NCBI GenBank assembly: GCA_963677595.1
Contig: OY782041.1
Span: 352,001 to 416,000, forward strand
Length of the DNA: 64,000 nt
DNA from: Spirochaetia bacterium
GTDB lineage: Bacteria > Spirochaetota > Spirochaetia > CAKZLE01
Direction of reading: 5' to 3'
Positions 38,437 to 48,050 of this stretch are shown in pieces. Every line of letters starts with the position of its first letter. The stretch's first letter is position 1. Position numbers and translations under genes: made by a program. The notes beneath the pieces are model-generated. The model was given only the letters and a program-made list of their open reading frames with translations, was not told where the DNA came from and searched no databases.

Positions 38437-39220
38437 GGGCCCCCTCGAATGCGGCGATCGTGGTAAACAGTGCGATGTTGTTGGAGAAGATCCGCTCCTT
38501 GAATCGCTCGGTGATATCGGAGTTGGAGATGATGCGTCTGATCATCTTCAGGTTGCCGAGCCGGAAGAAGGCATTCCTGCCGAACCGGTCAGACGGGCAG
38601 ATGACGGTAGCCTTGTCGGCGAGTTCGAGCGCGCCCAGGATCAGGTCCGCCTTGTCCTGGTTGTTCACTGTCAGCAGCAGGTCCTCGTTGATCCCGTCGA
38701 CCTCGATGAAGAGATGGCTCACATAGAACTTCTGGAGGTTCGTCAACGCCATGGTACCGAACACGGCCAGTTCACTCCTGTTCATGTCCCCGCCGAGCAG
38801 GACTACCCGGTTGCTCTTCTGCAGGGTGATCCGCAGGGCGATCTCGACGTCGTTGGTCAGGACGGTCAGCCCGGAACGTTCCCCCAGCTTCGAGGCGATC
38901 ACCGCATTGACCGGGCCGTTCGTGAGCATGACGACCTCCCCGTCCTGGATCATCTTGATCGCGACCGAAGCTATCCGTTCACTTGATTCGTCCTCATCGG
39001 TCCTGTCGATGAGGTCTATGATGGGATCTGGCGTATCAGGGCGGTTGATGACCGCACCGCCGTGGGTCCGGGTCAGCCAGCCTTCAGCCTCGAGGCGCTC
39101 GAGGTCCCGCCGTACGGTGACCTCGGATACCCCGAGTATTCCGCTGAGCTCCTGGACCTGGGCCTGGTTGTGTTCCTTGAGGTACTCTTTGATGATTCTC
39201 TTTCGTTCGATGGCGTACAT
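38429..39220 (-). CDS. DeoR/GlpR-family transcriptional regulator
   Basis: VSEVTVRRDLERLE..G.LTRTHGGA HTH plus a DeoR C-terminal domain. Confidence 0.92.
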   Translation of the reverse strand: MYAIERKRIIKEYLKEHNQAQVQELSGILGVSEVTVRRDLERLEAEGWLTRTHGGAVINRPDTPDPIIDLIDRTDEDESSERIASVAIKMIQDGEVVMLTNGPVNAVIASKLGERSGLTVLTNDVEIALRITLQKSNRVVLLGGDMNRSELAVFGTMALTNLQKFYVSHLFIEVDGINEDLLLTVNNQDKADLILGALELADKATVICPSDRFGRNAFFRLGNLKMIRRIISNSDITERFKERIFSNNIALFTTIAAFEGAHE

Positions 39221-39315
39221 GCTTCTTCCTCACTTGAGATTATAGGGTTTATTTCGCGTATTCACAACAGAATAATCAGAAATGTTCCGGTTCAATGAAC
39301 AATGAAGAATTTTTC

Positions 39316-39345
39316 TTGACAAATAAAAAAAGTCGATCCTATAAT
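39316..39345 (+). promoter_or_regulatory. Consensus sigma70 promoter for the chvE operon
   Basis: TTGACA (39316-39321), an 18-bp spacer, and TATAAT (39340-39345). Confidence 0.75.
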
Positions 39346-39428
39346 TAATCATAAACGAAAGCAATGTGTTATTTTCTTGATTATTTACTTACGTTTCTGC
39401 TTTCAAACATCAAAAAAGGAGTGTATCT

Positions 39429-40496
39429 ATGAAAAAGATCGTAATGATCGCGCTGCTCGTCCTCATCGCCATGGCACCGGTATTCGCCGGCGGCCAGCAG
39501 GAGTCAGCACAACAGACCGTAGGGATCGCCATGCCGACCCAGTCCTCACAGAGGTGGATCCAGGATGGTAACTACATGAAGCAGATCCTCGAGGAGAGGG
39601 GCTACAAGGTGGACCTGCAGTATGCAGAAGATAATATCGACGCACAGGTGTCCCAGATCGAGAACATGATCGTGAAGGGTGCCAACGTACTGGTCATCGC
39701 CGCTATCGACGGCGAGTCCCTGACCAACGTACTCGACCAGGCAGCCCAGAACGATGTCAAGGTCATCGCATATGACCGTCTGATCAAGAACTCGGCACAT
39801 GTCAGCTACTATGCTACCTTCGACAACTTCCTCGTCGGCGTACAGCAGGGCGGCTATATCGTGAAAGCCCTTGACCTCGCTTCAGGCGCAGGTCCCTTCA
39901 ACGTGGAGCTCTTCGCAGGGTCACCTGACGACACCAATGCCTACTACTTCTTCGATGGCGCCATGAGTGAACTGCAGCCCTACATCGATAACGGGCAGGT
40001 CATCATCGCCAGCGGCCAGACCGACTTCGACGAAGTCGCTACCCTCCGATGGGACGGGGCTACCGCCCAGCAGAGAATGGACAACATCCTCGCAGCCTTC
40101 TACACAGACAAAAAGATCGATGCAGTGCTCTCACCCTATGACGGCATCTCCATCGGTATCCTCTCAGCCCTCAAGAGCGTCGGCTACAACAAGGCCCAGG
40201 GCATGCCGATCGTGACCGGACAGGATGCAGAGATCCCTTCAGTCAAGTCGATCCTTGCCGGCGAGCAGGCTGCAACGGTATTCAAGGATACCCGAACCCT
40301 CGCAAAACGTGCATCTGACATGGTAGACGCAGTCCTCCAGGGAACCACACCTGAGATCAACAACACCACTACCTATGACAACGGCGTGTTCATCGTACCG
40401 TCATTCCTCGAAGTCCCGGTATCAGTCGATATCAGCAACTGGGAATCGGCACTGATCGACACCGGCTACTATGAGAAATCGGATCTCGGGCTGTAA
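39429..40496 (+). CDS. chvE: Multiple monosaccharide ABC transporter substrate-binding protein
   Basis: GIAMPTQSSQRWIQDG, YYATFDNFLVG, ELFAGSPDD and VLSPYDGIS are typical of ChvE/SbpA. Confidence 0.92.
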   Translation: MKKIVMIALLVLIAMAPVFAGGQQESAQQTVGIAMPTQSSQRWIQDGNYMKQILEERGYKVDLQYAEDNIDAQVSQIENMIVKGANVLVIAAIDGESLTNVLDQAAQNDVKVIAYDRLIKNSAHVSYYATFDNFLVGVQQGGYIVKALDLASGAGPFNVELFAGSPDDTNAYYFFDGAMSELQPYIDNGQVIIASGQTDFDEVATLRWDGATAQQRMDNILAAFYTDKKIDAVLSPYDGISIGILSALKSVGYNKAQGMPIVTGQDAEIPSVKSILAGEQAATVFKDTRTLAKRASDMVDAVLQGTTPEINNTTTYDNGVFIVPSFLEVPVSVDISNWESALIDTGYYEKSDLGL

Positions 40497-40535
40497 TCCC
40501 CTACCAACCGGAAACCTAACGTAAAGATTTGGAAG

Positions 40536-40559
40536 CCAGTGCCGAAGCTTCGGCACTGG
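40536..40559 (+). terminator. Perfect 24-bp palindrome after chvE (mRNA-stabilising stem-loop or attenuator)
   Basis: CCAGTGCCGAAGCTTCGGCACTGG. Confidence 0.6.
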
Positions 40560-40635
40560 TCTTCTCAACGAATAATCCTGTCATACCGCTGATCGGTGGT
40601 ATAATGGAACAAATAAATCGGGAGAATGTTGAATC

Positions 40636-42180
40636 ATGGCAGAAACGATTCTGGAGATGCGCAAGATCACCAAGAAGTTCTCAGGAGTTGTGGCCCTTCG
40701 TGATGTCTCCTTGCAGGTGACGAACGGTGAGATCCATGCACTGGTCGGGGAGAACGGTGCCGGGAAGTCGACCCTGATGAACGTCCTGTCTGGCGTCTAT
40801 CCCCACGGCACCTATGAGGGAGACATCATCCTTCACGGTGAGCACTGCAGCTTCAGGAACATCAAGGACAGCGAGCAGCTCGGGATCGTCATCATCCACC
40901 AGGAGCTTGCCCTCATCCCATTCCTCTCCATCGCGGAGAATATCTTCTTAGGGAATGAATGCGCGAAGTCAGGGTTCATCAACTGGAATGACACCACCAA
41001 CCGGGCCGCTGTGCTGCTGAAGCAGGTTGGACTCGATGAGAACCCCAACACCCTCATCCGCGATATCGGGGTCGGCAAGCAGCAGCTCGTGGAGATCGCG
41101 AAAGCCCTCTCCAAGGACGTGAAGCTGCTCATCCTCGATGAGCCGACCGCGGCACTCAATGACGAGGAGTCTGACAAGTTGCTCACCCTGCTCACCGGGC
41201 TTCGTGACAAGGGCGTCACTTCGATCCTGATCAGCCACAAGCTGAACGAGGTCGAGAAGGTCGCTGACAGCATCACGGTGATCCGTGACGGCCAGGTCAT
41301 CGAGACCATGTACAAGGAGAAGGAGCCGTTCCATGAGGACCGCATCATCTCCAGCATGGTAGGCAGGGAGATCACCGACCGGTGGCCAGGCAGGGACAAC
41401 TCCATCGGGGACGAGATCTTCAGGGCTGAGGAGTGGACGGTCTTCCACCCGCAGTATGAGGAACGCAAGGTCATCAACAAGGCCAGCTTCTCCGTGAAAC
41501 GAGGAGAAGTCGTGGGATTCGCGGGACTCATGGGAGCCGGACGCACAGAGATCGCCATGAGCATCTTCGGCCGGGCATACGGGGTCGGCCACTCAGGGAA
41601 GCTCTTCAAGGACGGGAAGGAGATCCAGCTCAACTCCGTGACCGACGCGATCGATAACGGGATCGCCTACGTCACCGAGGACAGGAAGAACTTCGGCCTC
41701 GTGCTGATCAATGATATCAAGACGAACATATCATTGGCGAACCTGAAGAAGGTCACGAACTCAGGGGTCCTGGACCTCAATGACGAGATCTACCAGGCCG
41801 GTGAATACCGGAAGAAGCTGAACATCCGCTGCAGCGGTCTCCAGCAGCCGGTCGAGAGCCTTTCAGGCGGGAACCAGCAGAAGGTGGTCTTGAGCAAGTG
41901 GCTCATGGCCGAGCCGGACTTCCTGATGCTCGACGAACCAACCAGGGGGATCGATGTCGGGGCGAAGTACGAGATCTACACGATCATCAACGAACTGGCG
42001 GCTGAAGGGAAAGCCGTACTCATGATCTCATCGGAGATGCCCGAGCTCTTGGGCATGTGCGACAGGATCTATGTAGTGAATCAAGGGGAGATCGCCGGAT
42101 GCCTCACAAAGGAAGAGGCATCCCAGGAATCGATCATGAAGACGATCATGAATCATCAGAAGGCATTAATAAGGGAGTGA
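40636..42180 (+). CDS. gguA: Multiple monosaccharide ABC transporter ATP-binding protein (GguA/MmsA)
   Basis: [36 protein letters not shown], and position downstream of chvE. Confidence 0.9.
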   Translation: MAETILEMRKITKKFSGVVALRDVSLQVTNGEIHALVGENGAGKSTLMNVLSGVYPHGTYEGDIILHGEHCSFRNIKDSEQLGIVIIHQELALIPFLSIAENIFLGNECAKSGFINWNDTTNRAAVLLKQVGLDENPNTLIRDIGVGKQQLVEIAKALSKDVKLLILDEPTAALNDEESDKLLTLLTGLRDKGVTSILISHKLNEVEKVADSITVIRDGQVIETMYKEKEPFHEDRIISSMVGREITDRWPGRDNSIGDEIFRAEEWTVFHPQYEERKVINKASFSVKRGEVVGFAGLMGAGRTEIAMSIFGRAYGVGHSGKLFKDGKEIQLNSVTDAIDNGIAYVTEDRKNFGLVLINDIKTNISLANLKKVTNSGVLDLNDEIYQAGEYRKKLNIRCSGLQQPVESLSGGNQQKVVLSKWLMAEPDFLMLDEPTRGIDVGAKYEIYTIINELAAEGKAVLMISSEMPELLGMCDRIYVVNQGEIAGCLTKEEASQESIMKTIMNHQKALIRE

Positions 42181-42183
42181 CAG

Positions 42184-43356
42184 ATGAATAAAGTGATGTC
42201 AATAGTAAAAAACAATATCCGCAAGAACGGTATGTTCACGGCACTGATCTTTATCATGCTGCTGTTCCAGATCCTGACAAGGGGGATCCTCTTCAGGCCG
42301 ATGAACGTGAACAACATCGTCCTGCAGAACGCATACGTCCTGATCCTGGCAACGGGGATGCTGCTGTGCATCCTCACCGGGAACATCGATCTCTCGGTCG
42401 GTTCCGTCGTAGCCTTCGTCGGCGCCGTCTCGGCTATCATGATGGTAGACTGGGGATGGCCGGTACTCCTGACCATGATCTTCGCACTGCTGATCGGGAT
42501 CGCGGTAGGGGCTTTCCACGGCTACTTCATCGCCTATATGAGGATACCGGCGTTCATCGTCACCCTGGCAGGGATGCTCATCTGGCGGGGACTCACGATG
42601 GTCATCCTCAAGGGGCAGACGAAAGCCCCGTTCGACGAGAGCTTCCAGGCGATCGCCGCAGGGTACCTTCCCGGGCGTGACTGGAGAATCGGGGGACTGA
42701 ACATCCTGGCACTGCTCATCGGGATCGCCATCTCGATCATCTTCACCCTCATGATCCTGCGCTCCAGGCGGAATAAGGTAAAGTACAACTTCGAGGTCCC
42801 CTCCTTCTGGATGGAGCTCATCAAGATCACCCTGATCATCCTCGGGGTCAACCTGCTGACCGTCAGCCTCGCACGCTACAACGGCATCCCGATCATCCTC
42901 GTGCTGCTGCTCTTCCTCATCTCCCTCTATACGTTCATCACCCAGAGGACGATCTTCGGGCGCCATATCTATGCCCTCGGTGGGAACGAGAAGGCTGCCA
43001 AGCTCTCAGGAGTGAAGACGAAGCGGGTCATGTTCCTCGTCTATACCAACATGGGACTGCTCTCAGCCCTGGCCGGCCTCGTAGTCGCAGGTCGGCTCAA
43101 TGCCGCCACCCCGAAAGCCGGGAACATGTTCGAGCTCGATGCCATCGCATCCTGCTTCATCGGCGGCGCCTCGGCATCAGGGGGTATCGGGACGGTCGTG
43201 GGAGCGATCGTCGGAGGTCTTGTCATGGGTGTCCTCAATAATGGTATGTCGATCATGGGCGTCAGCGTCGACTGGCAGCAGACGATCAAGGGGCTCGTCC
43301 TCCTCGGGGCCGTGTTCTTCGACGTACTGACCAAGAACAGGGGCAAGGCTGAATAA
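42184..43356 (+). CDS. gguB: Multiple monosaccharide ABC transporter permease (GguB/MmsB)
   Basis: IDLSVGSV, IPAFIVTLAGML, RLNAATPKAG and FELDAIASCFIGG. Confidence 0.9.
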   Translation: MNKVMSIVKNNIRKNGMFTALIFIMLLFQILTRGILFRPMNVNNIVLQNAYVLILATGMLLCILTGNIDLSVGSVVAFVGAVSAIMMVDWGWPVLLTMIFALLIGIAVGAFHGYFIAYMRIPAFIVTLAGMLIWRGLTMVILKGQTKAPFDESFQAIAAGYLPGRDWRIGGLNILALLIGIAISIIFTLMILRSRRNKVKYNFEVPSFWMELIKITLIILGVNLLTVSLARYNGIPIILVLLLFLISLYTFITQRTIFGRHIYALGGNEKAAKLSGVKTKRVMFLVYTNMGLLSALAGLVVAGRLNAATPKAGNMFELDAIASCFIGGASASGGIGTVVGAIVGGLVMGVLNNGMSIMGVSVDWQQTIKGLVLLGAVFFDVLTKNRGKAE

Positions 43357-43379
43357 CCACTGCTTCACCGAATCCAACA

Positions 43380-43417
43380 GACCGGCAGCTCTTTCTGAGC
43401 CTGCCGGTCTTTTTTTA
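43380..43417 (+). terminator. Rho-independent terminator
   Basis: GACCGGCAG...CTGCCGGTC followed by T8. Confidence 0.8.
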
Positions 43418-43419
43418 GG

Positions 43420-45594
43420 TCATGCTTCCGTGTTTAGACCTTTCCAAAACCGGACCCCCTCAAGGATCCCATCTGCAAATGATGCTGAGGAAAAGTATAC
43501 CCTCCTCCTCTGTTTCAGGTCCGCTAGTTCCGGTTCATGGTTGCCGACCACGATCCCCTTCATGCCGCCGATCAGCATGTCGCGGTCATTCCCCGAGTTC
43601 CCAGCAGTGTAGATGTTCCCTATCGGGAACTGCCACTTATGGGCAAGGTACCGGATGGCTTTCCCCTTCGATGCCCTGCTCGGGAGGATGTCGACATAGG
43701 AACCATGGGAGTAGATGAGGTTGTAGGAGAGCTTCCTCTCCATGAGTGCGGTATGCATGAGCGGGAGGGCCTCATCACCGGGCATGGATGCATCAAGATC
43801 ATAACTGACCTTGAACGGACGCTGGGCTGCAGGGTTCTCCTGCAGCTTCAGCCAGGGGAAACAGCTCAGGGCTTCCCGTATCTGTTCAGGCTTCCACTTG
43901 TACTGGATATGGGAGGACCAGCCGGTATCATAGAGGCCTTCGTCGAAGTAGTAGATCTCAGAACCGACCGATGCGATGATGCAGTCCACATTCACGATCC
44001 CATGGCTCTCCAGGATCTCTTTCGCGGAGCTGATATCGCGGCCGGTAGCCACCCCGAACCCGATAGTCTCATGCTCCTCCATGAAGCGCAGCAAGGCTCG
44101 GACTGCCTCATCATCACCGAGCAGCGTATCGTCGATATCGACGATGAGCAGCTCCTTGAGGGAATGGATACGCTTCCCGATACTCGCATACTCCTTCCCA
44201 GTGGCGAAGGGGTCGCTCGCCCGTTCAGCCTGCAGCTTCTCGAGCTCACTGATATAGGTACGGCTATGGTGTTCCCAGCTGTAGGTCTTCCTGGTGTTAT
44301 TGATGCCGTGCTCGGAGAGTTCGCTCCAGCAGGAAGAGTCAGTGAGTACCTTCTTCATAGCCTGAGCGATGGTCTCAGGGGCCTCGATATCGACCAGGAT
44401 ACCGCTTTCGCAGTTGCGCTGGATATCCACGGGCCCGCCCTTGTCGGTGGCGATGAACGGGAGCCCGCAGGCTGATGCCTCGATGAAGGTCAGGCCGAAG
44501 GTCTCAAGGTAGGAGGTGCTCACGAAGACGCCGCCGGTGAGCGCTGCTATCCGGTACATCTCAGGGACATCCTTCTCGGGGTCATGGTATTTCGGGATAG
44601 CCATCTTCCCGTAGAGGTCATACTTGTCCATGGCAAGGAGGATGTCGGTCAGGACCTGACGCTCCCCCTCCTCCATCGTGCTGATGTCCTCCCGGATCCC
44701 GGCGAAGACCGCAAGGTTCGCGATGGCCTGAAGCTCCTTGTCCTTCCCGTACACATCGATGAGGATGTCGATGTTCTTCCTCGAGTCTGGCCGGCAGAGT
44801 GCAAGGATCAGGGGCTTCTCGGGCTCGAAGAGGAACCGCCTCAGCTCCATCAGGGTCCGGTGGTGGGCCTGCTTCGTCTGTTCGTCGATCTCACTGCCCT
44901 GGATCTCATAGTAGTAATAGGGGAAGAACTTCTCCAGGGAGACCCCTGGCGGGTCCGTGACGTACCGGGGAGTATCCCGGTGCTCATACTGCCCATAGAG
45001 GCTCTCCCGTTCATAATTCGTGCTGGTGACCACCAGGTTCGCCTGTGAGAGGATCTGTTCCTCGGCATCGATCCTCGTCTGTATGGCAAACCGGCTTCGT
45101 GCCTGCTGGTCATCCATGCCCGTTGACCGGAGGAAGGAGAGCTTGTTCCTGCCCAGGGAGTGGCCGGTGAAGATGAGCGGGATCCCGAACAGACCCGAGA
45201 GCTTGGCTGCCACATAACCGGCATCGGCATAATGACCGTGGAAGAAGTCGGGAAGCCGGTCCAGGCGCTGCAGGTACTCGATCAGCCTGTCAGTGAACTC
45301 ATCAAGATGAGGCCAGAGCTTTTCCTTGCGGATATAGCTCTTTCCCCCGCAGGGAAGACGTACGACCGCTGACTTCTCATTCAGCTTCTCGCGCCCGACC
45401 CCATAGGAGGAGTGGACCCTCCTGTCAACGATCTTCCTGGTCGCGAGGTCCACATAATCTACCTCTGCCTGCTGCGAGAGGCTCTCCACCAGTTCGATGA
45501 TGTAGCGGGTCTGTCCACCCGTATCTGCATCCCTGCCTATCTCCGGTTGGTTACCACGGACGAGACCGTGGATATTGATCATCATAATATACAT
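43420..45594 (-). CDS. Sucrose-phosphate synthase-type GT4 glycosyltransferase fused to a HAD-IIB phosphatase
   Basis: IHGLVRG..EIGRDADTGGQ, HGHYADAG, TGHSLG, RPDSRKN and ETFGLTFIEA, with C-terminal DIDDTL, ATGR, DILP.RASKG and GNSGND. Confidence 0.9.
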   Translation of the reverse strand: MYIMMINIHGLVRGNQPEIGRDADTGGQTRYIIELVESLSQQAEVDYVDLATRKIVDRRVHSSYGVGREKLNEKSAVVRLPCGGKSYIRKEKLWPHLDEFTDRLIEYLQRLDRLPDFFHGHYADAGYVAAKLSGLFGIPLIFTGHSLGRNKLSFLRSTGMDDQQARSRFAIQTRIDAEEQILSQANLVVTSTNYERESLYGQYEHRDTPRYVTDPPGVSLEKFFPYYYYEIQGSEIDEQTKQAHHRTLMELRRFLFEPEKPLILALCRPDSRKNIDILIDVYGKDKELQAIANLAVFAGIREDISTMEEGERQVLTDILLAMDKYDLYGKMAIPKYHDPEKDVPEMYRIAALTGGVFVSTSYLETFGLTFIEASACGLPFIATDKGGPVDIQRNCESGILVDIEAPETIAQAMKKVLTDSSCWSELSEHGINNTRKTYSWEHHSRTYISELEKLQAERASDPFATGKEYASIGKRIHSLKELLIVDIDDTLLGDDEAVRALLRFMEEHETIGFGVATGRDISSAKEILESHGIVNVDCIIASVGSEIYYFDEGLYDTGWSSHIQYKWKPEQIREALSCFPWLKLQENPAAQRPFKVSYDLDASMPGDEALPLMHTALMERKLSYNLIYSHGSYVDILPSRASKGKAIRYLAHKWQFPIGNIYTAGNSGNDRDMLIGGMKGIVVGNHEPELADLKQRRRVYFSSASFADGILEGVRFWKGLNTEA

Positions 45595-45743
45595 ATATTA
45601 GTTAGTGTACAAAATATTTCTCTGTCAGTCAATCGGTAAACCGTGAGTAGCAGTATCTTATTATGCTTATATACAAAGATTTACTTGATTTCTTACTGAA
45701 CCACACTAGATAATTAATAGTTAGAGGTGGAAGTAGTTAGCCC

Positions 45744-46481
45744 CTACAGCACACGAAGCACCCCATTGGAGCAGATATGGCCAGGCTCGAGATGTGCATA
45801 GTACTCCTTGTTATAGCTGATGATCTCGCCGCCGGCTCGCTGGAGGATCAGCCCGGCTGCAGCCTTACCCTCGATGCTCGACCCGGTGTCGATATAGGCA
45901 TCGATCCTTCCCCGTGCAACATTGCAGATGGTCAGCGATGGGGTGATCAAGGGCAGGGCCTTCCTGCAGCAGACCATAAGGTCCCCCCACTCGGAGGCAT
46001 ACTGTTCCATGGCTTCAAGGTTCGCACTGAAACCGAAAGCGATGAGGGCTTCTGAGAGCTCCTCGGTCTCGGAGACATGGATCTTCTCCCCATTGAGTCG
46101 TGCATGCGCATCGCCCCTGAGTGCCGTGTACAGTTCATCGGCGACAGGGTTGTAGACATAGCCTTCGACGATGCCTCCATCTGCCTCAAGGGCAGCCGAG
46201 ATCGCGAAATAGGGGACGCCGAAGACGAAGTCAGCCGTCCCGTCGATCGGGTCGATGATCCAGCGGCGCCCGGAACTCCCGTGGTAGCTCCCCGACTCCT
46301 CCGCATAGATGCCGTCATCCGGGAAGAAGCTCCTGATCTCCCTGATGATGAACTTCTCCACCTCCTGATCAGAGACCGTGACCAGGTCATACCGCTGTTT
46401 CTCCGAGACCTCCCGGGCAGAACGGTACTCATCTGCGAGATACTTCCCGGCGGACCTGATGATCGCCTCCATAGTCCTCAT
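45744..46481 (-). CDS. Inositol monophosphatase family protein
   Basis: DLVTVSD, AEESG and WIIDPIDGT. The C-terminal WD motif has diverged (EGKAAAG). Confidence 0.85.
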   Translation of the reverse strand: MRTMEAIIRSAGKYLADEYRSAREVSEKQRYDLVTVSDQEVEKFIIREIRSFFPDDGIYAEESGSYHGSSGRRWIIDPIDGTADFVFGVPYFAISAALEADGGIVEGYVYNPVADELYTALRGDAHARLNGEKIHVSETEELSEALIAFGFSANLEAMEQYASEWGDLMVCCRKALPLITPSLTICNVARGRIDAYIDTGSSIEGKAAAGLILQRAGGEIISYNKEYYAHLEPGHICSNGVLRVL

Positions 46482-46694
46482 GCTGTTTCTCCCTGATTTA
46501 CATTCTTTACATACTGTTTACAGCAGTGTAACAACGATGACTGAATTATCTGGTATATTCAGTATATCAGCTTAGCAGTGCTGATACGAACAGAACAGTA
46601 CCTTTTTTCATAACTCCTTTTTGTGTTCAGCCCCTCACATCCTCCTCAGGGGCTGTTTTCATATTGAGGCTATATGCGTGGTGTGGGGGACCTG

Positions 46695-47930
46695 CTACAG
46701 ATACTGGTAGGAAACTGCCGTGACCCGGTCAGAAAGGTGGAAGTTCGCCTCCCCAAGATGGACCACAAGCCCTCTGGCGATATCGAGGCGGGGATAGGTA
46801 TCCATGAACGCATGGATGCCGAGCGCATCTTTCTTCGCCGGCCTGGAAGTGGATTTTATCTCGATAGGATAGAACCTGCCGTCCTTCTCCAGGACGAGGT
46901 CCACTTCTGCCCCCCCGTGACTGCGCCAGTGATAGACCCCCACCCCGAATGGGAGCATGCTCAAGGTCTTGAGGATATCTCCCACGATGAATGTCTCGAT
47001 GATACTTCCCCACTGCGGATGGGATGGGATCGCGGCATGAGAGGAGAGGAACAGACTTCTGCACAAGAGTCCCGTGTCGGAGAGATAGCCTTTCGGTCTA
47101 CTGCTGATACGTTTTACCGTGTTCCCTGAGAATGCCGGGATCTCTATCCACTGGAAGGTCTGCTGCAGGATATCGAGCCATCGCTTCGAGGTCTGCGGGC
47201 TCACCCCGATATCTCGCCCAAGCTGGCTGAAGTTCACCTCCTGGGCACTCAAGGCAGCACATAACCGATAGAACCTCCCGAACTGCTGCAGGTCGGAGAT
47301 CTCAGCCATAAGGCGGGCATCCCGCTCCACATAGGTCCTGAGATAGGAATCAAGGTAGAGGGGAACCATATCCAGCGGCAGTTCCTGTACCCCCGGTAAT
47401 TGCCCCCTGTACAGATGGTCATTCAGGATGGACTGCAGGTGCTGCTGATTCACAGGAAGCCCCGCATCCGCTCCCTCCTGAAGATACTGCTCGATCCAGC
47501 GGGTCATCCGTCCCGACCCCGCCATCTCAGGCAGGTGGTATCCCATCAGGCCCAGCAGGACAGCCCTACCTGCCAGTGATTCTGAGATCGTCCTCAGCAC
47601 ACCCCACTGCTGTGACCCGGTTAGGACGAAGCATCCCGGATCACGTCCCTGATCAACGAGCCGTTTGATGACTGGGATCAGCTCCGGGGCATACTGTATC
47701 TCATCAAGGACCACAGGGCCTGGATGGTTCTGGAAGAAGAGCTCGGGTTCACTGCGGGCATTCTCGACATCAAGGACAGGATCGAACACGATGATCTCAT
47801 GCGTCCCTGAGAGCAGGTGTGTAAGCAGGGTCGACTTGCCGACCTGCCGTGCCCCGGTCAGCACGACCACCGGGAAATACTCCATCACCTTCTGGAGCCT
47901 TTCTGTCAAGAACCGGTATTGATAGTTCAT
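46695..47930 (-). CDS. AAA ATPase with DUF4143 and C-terminal PD-(D/E)xK-like motif
   Basis: GARQVGKST, LDEIQYAPEL, LTGSQ, ESLAGR, YLRTYVERD, DTGL and EVDL...IEIK. Confidence 0.9.
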   Translation of the reverse strand: MNYQYRFLTERLQKVMEYFPVVVLTGARQVGKSTLLTHLLSGTHEIIVFDPVLDVENARSEPELFFQNHPGPVVLDEIQYAPELIPVIKRLVDQGRDPGCFVLTGSQQWGVLRTISESLAGRAVLLGLMGYHLPEMAGSGRMTRWIEQYLQEGADAGLPVNQQHLQSILNDHLYRGQLPGVQELPLDMVPLYLDSYLRTYVERDARLMAEISDLQQFGRFYRLCAALSAQEVNFSQLGRDIGVSPQTSKRWLDILQQTFQWIEIPAFSGNTVKRISSRPKGYLSDTGLLCRSLFLSSHAAIPSHPQWGSIIETFIVGDILKTLSMLPFGVGVYHWRSHGGAEVDLVLEKDGRFYPIEIKSTSRPAKKDALGIHAFMDTYPRLDIARGLVVHLGEANFHLSDRVTAVSYQYL

Positions 47931-48050
47931 AATACCAAACTACCACACGTTACCTTGATAATCAATGATGACATCTTTAGTTTTCAAGTTAGATTCCAGA
48001 AACACCCTGCTGCAAGGTGACGCCTGACAGCCCTCGATACCACATACCGG

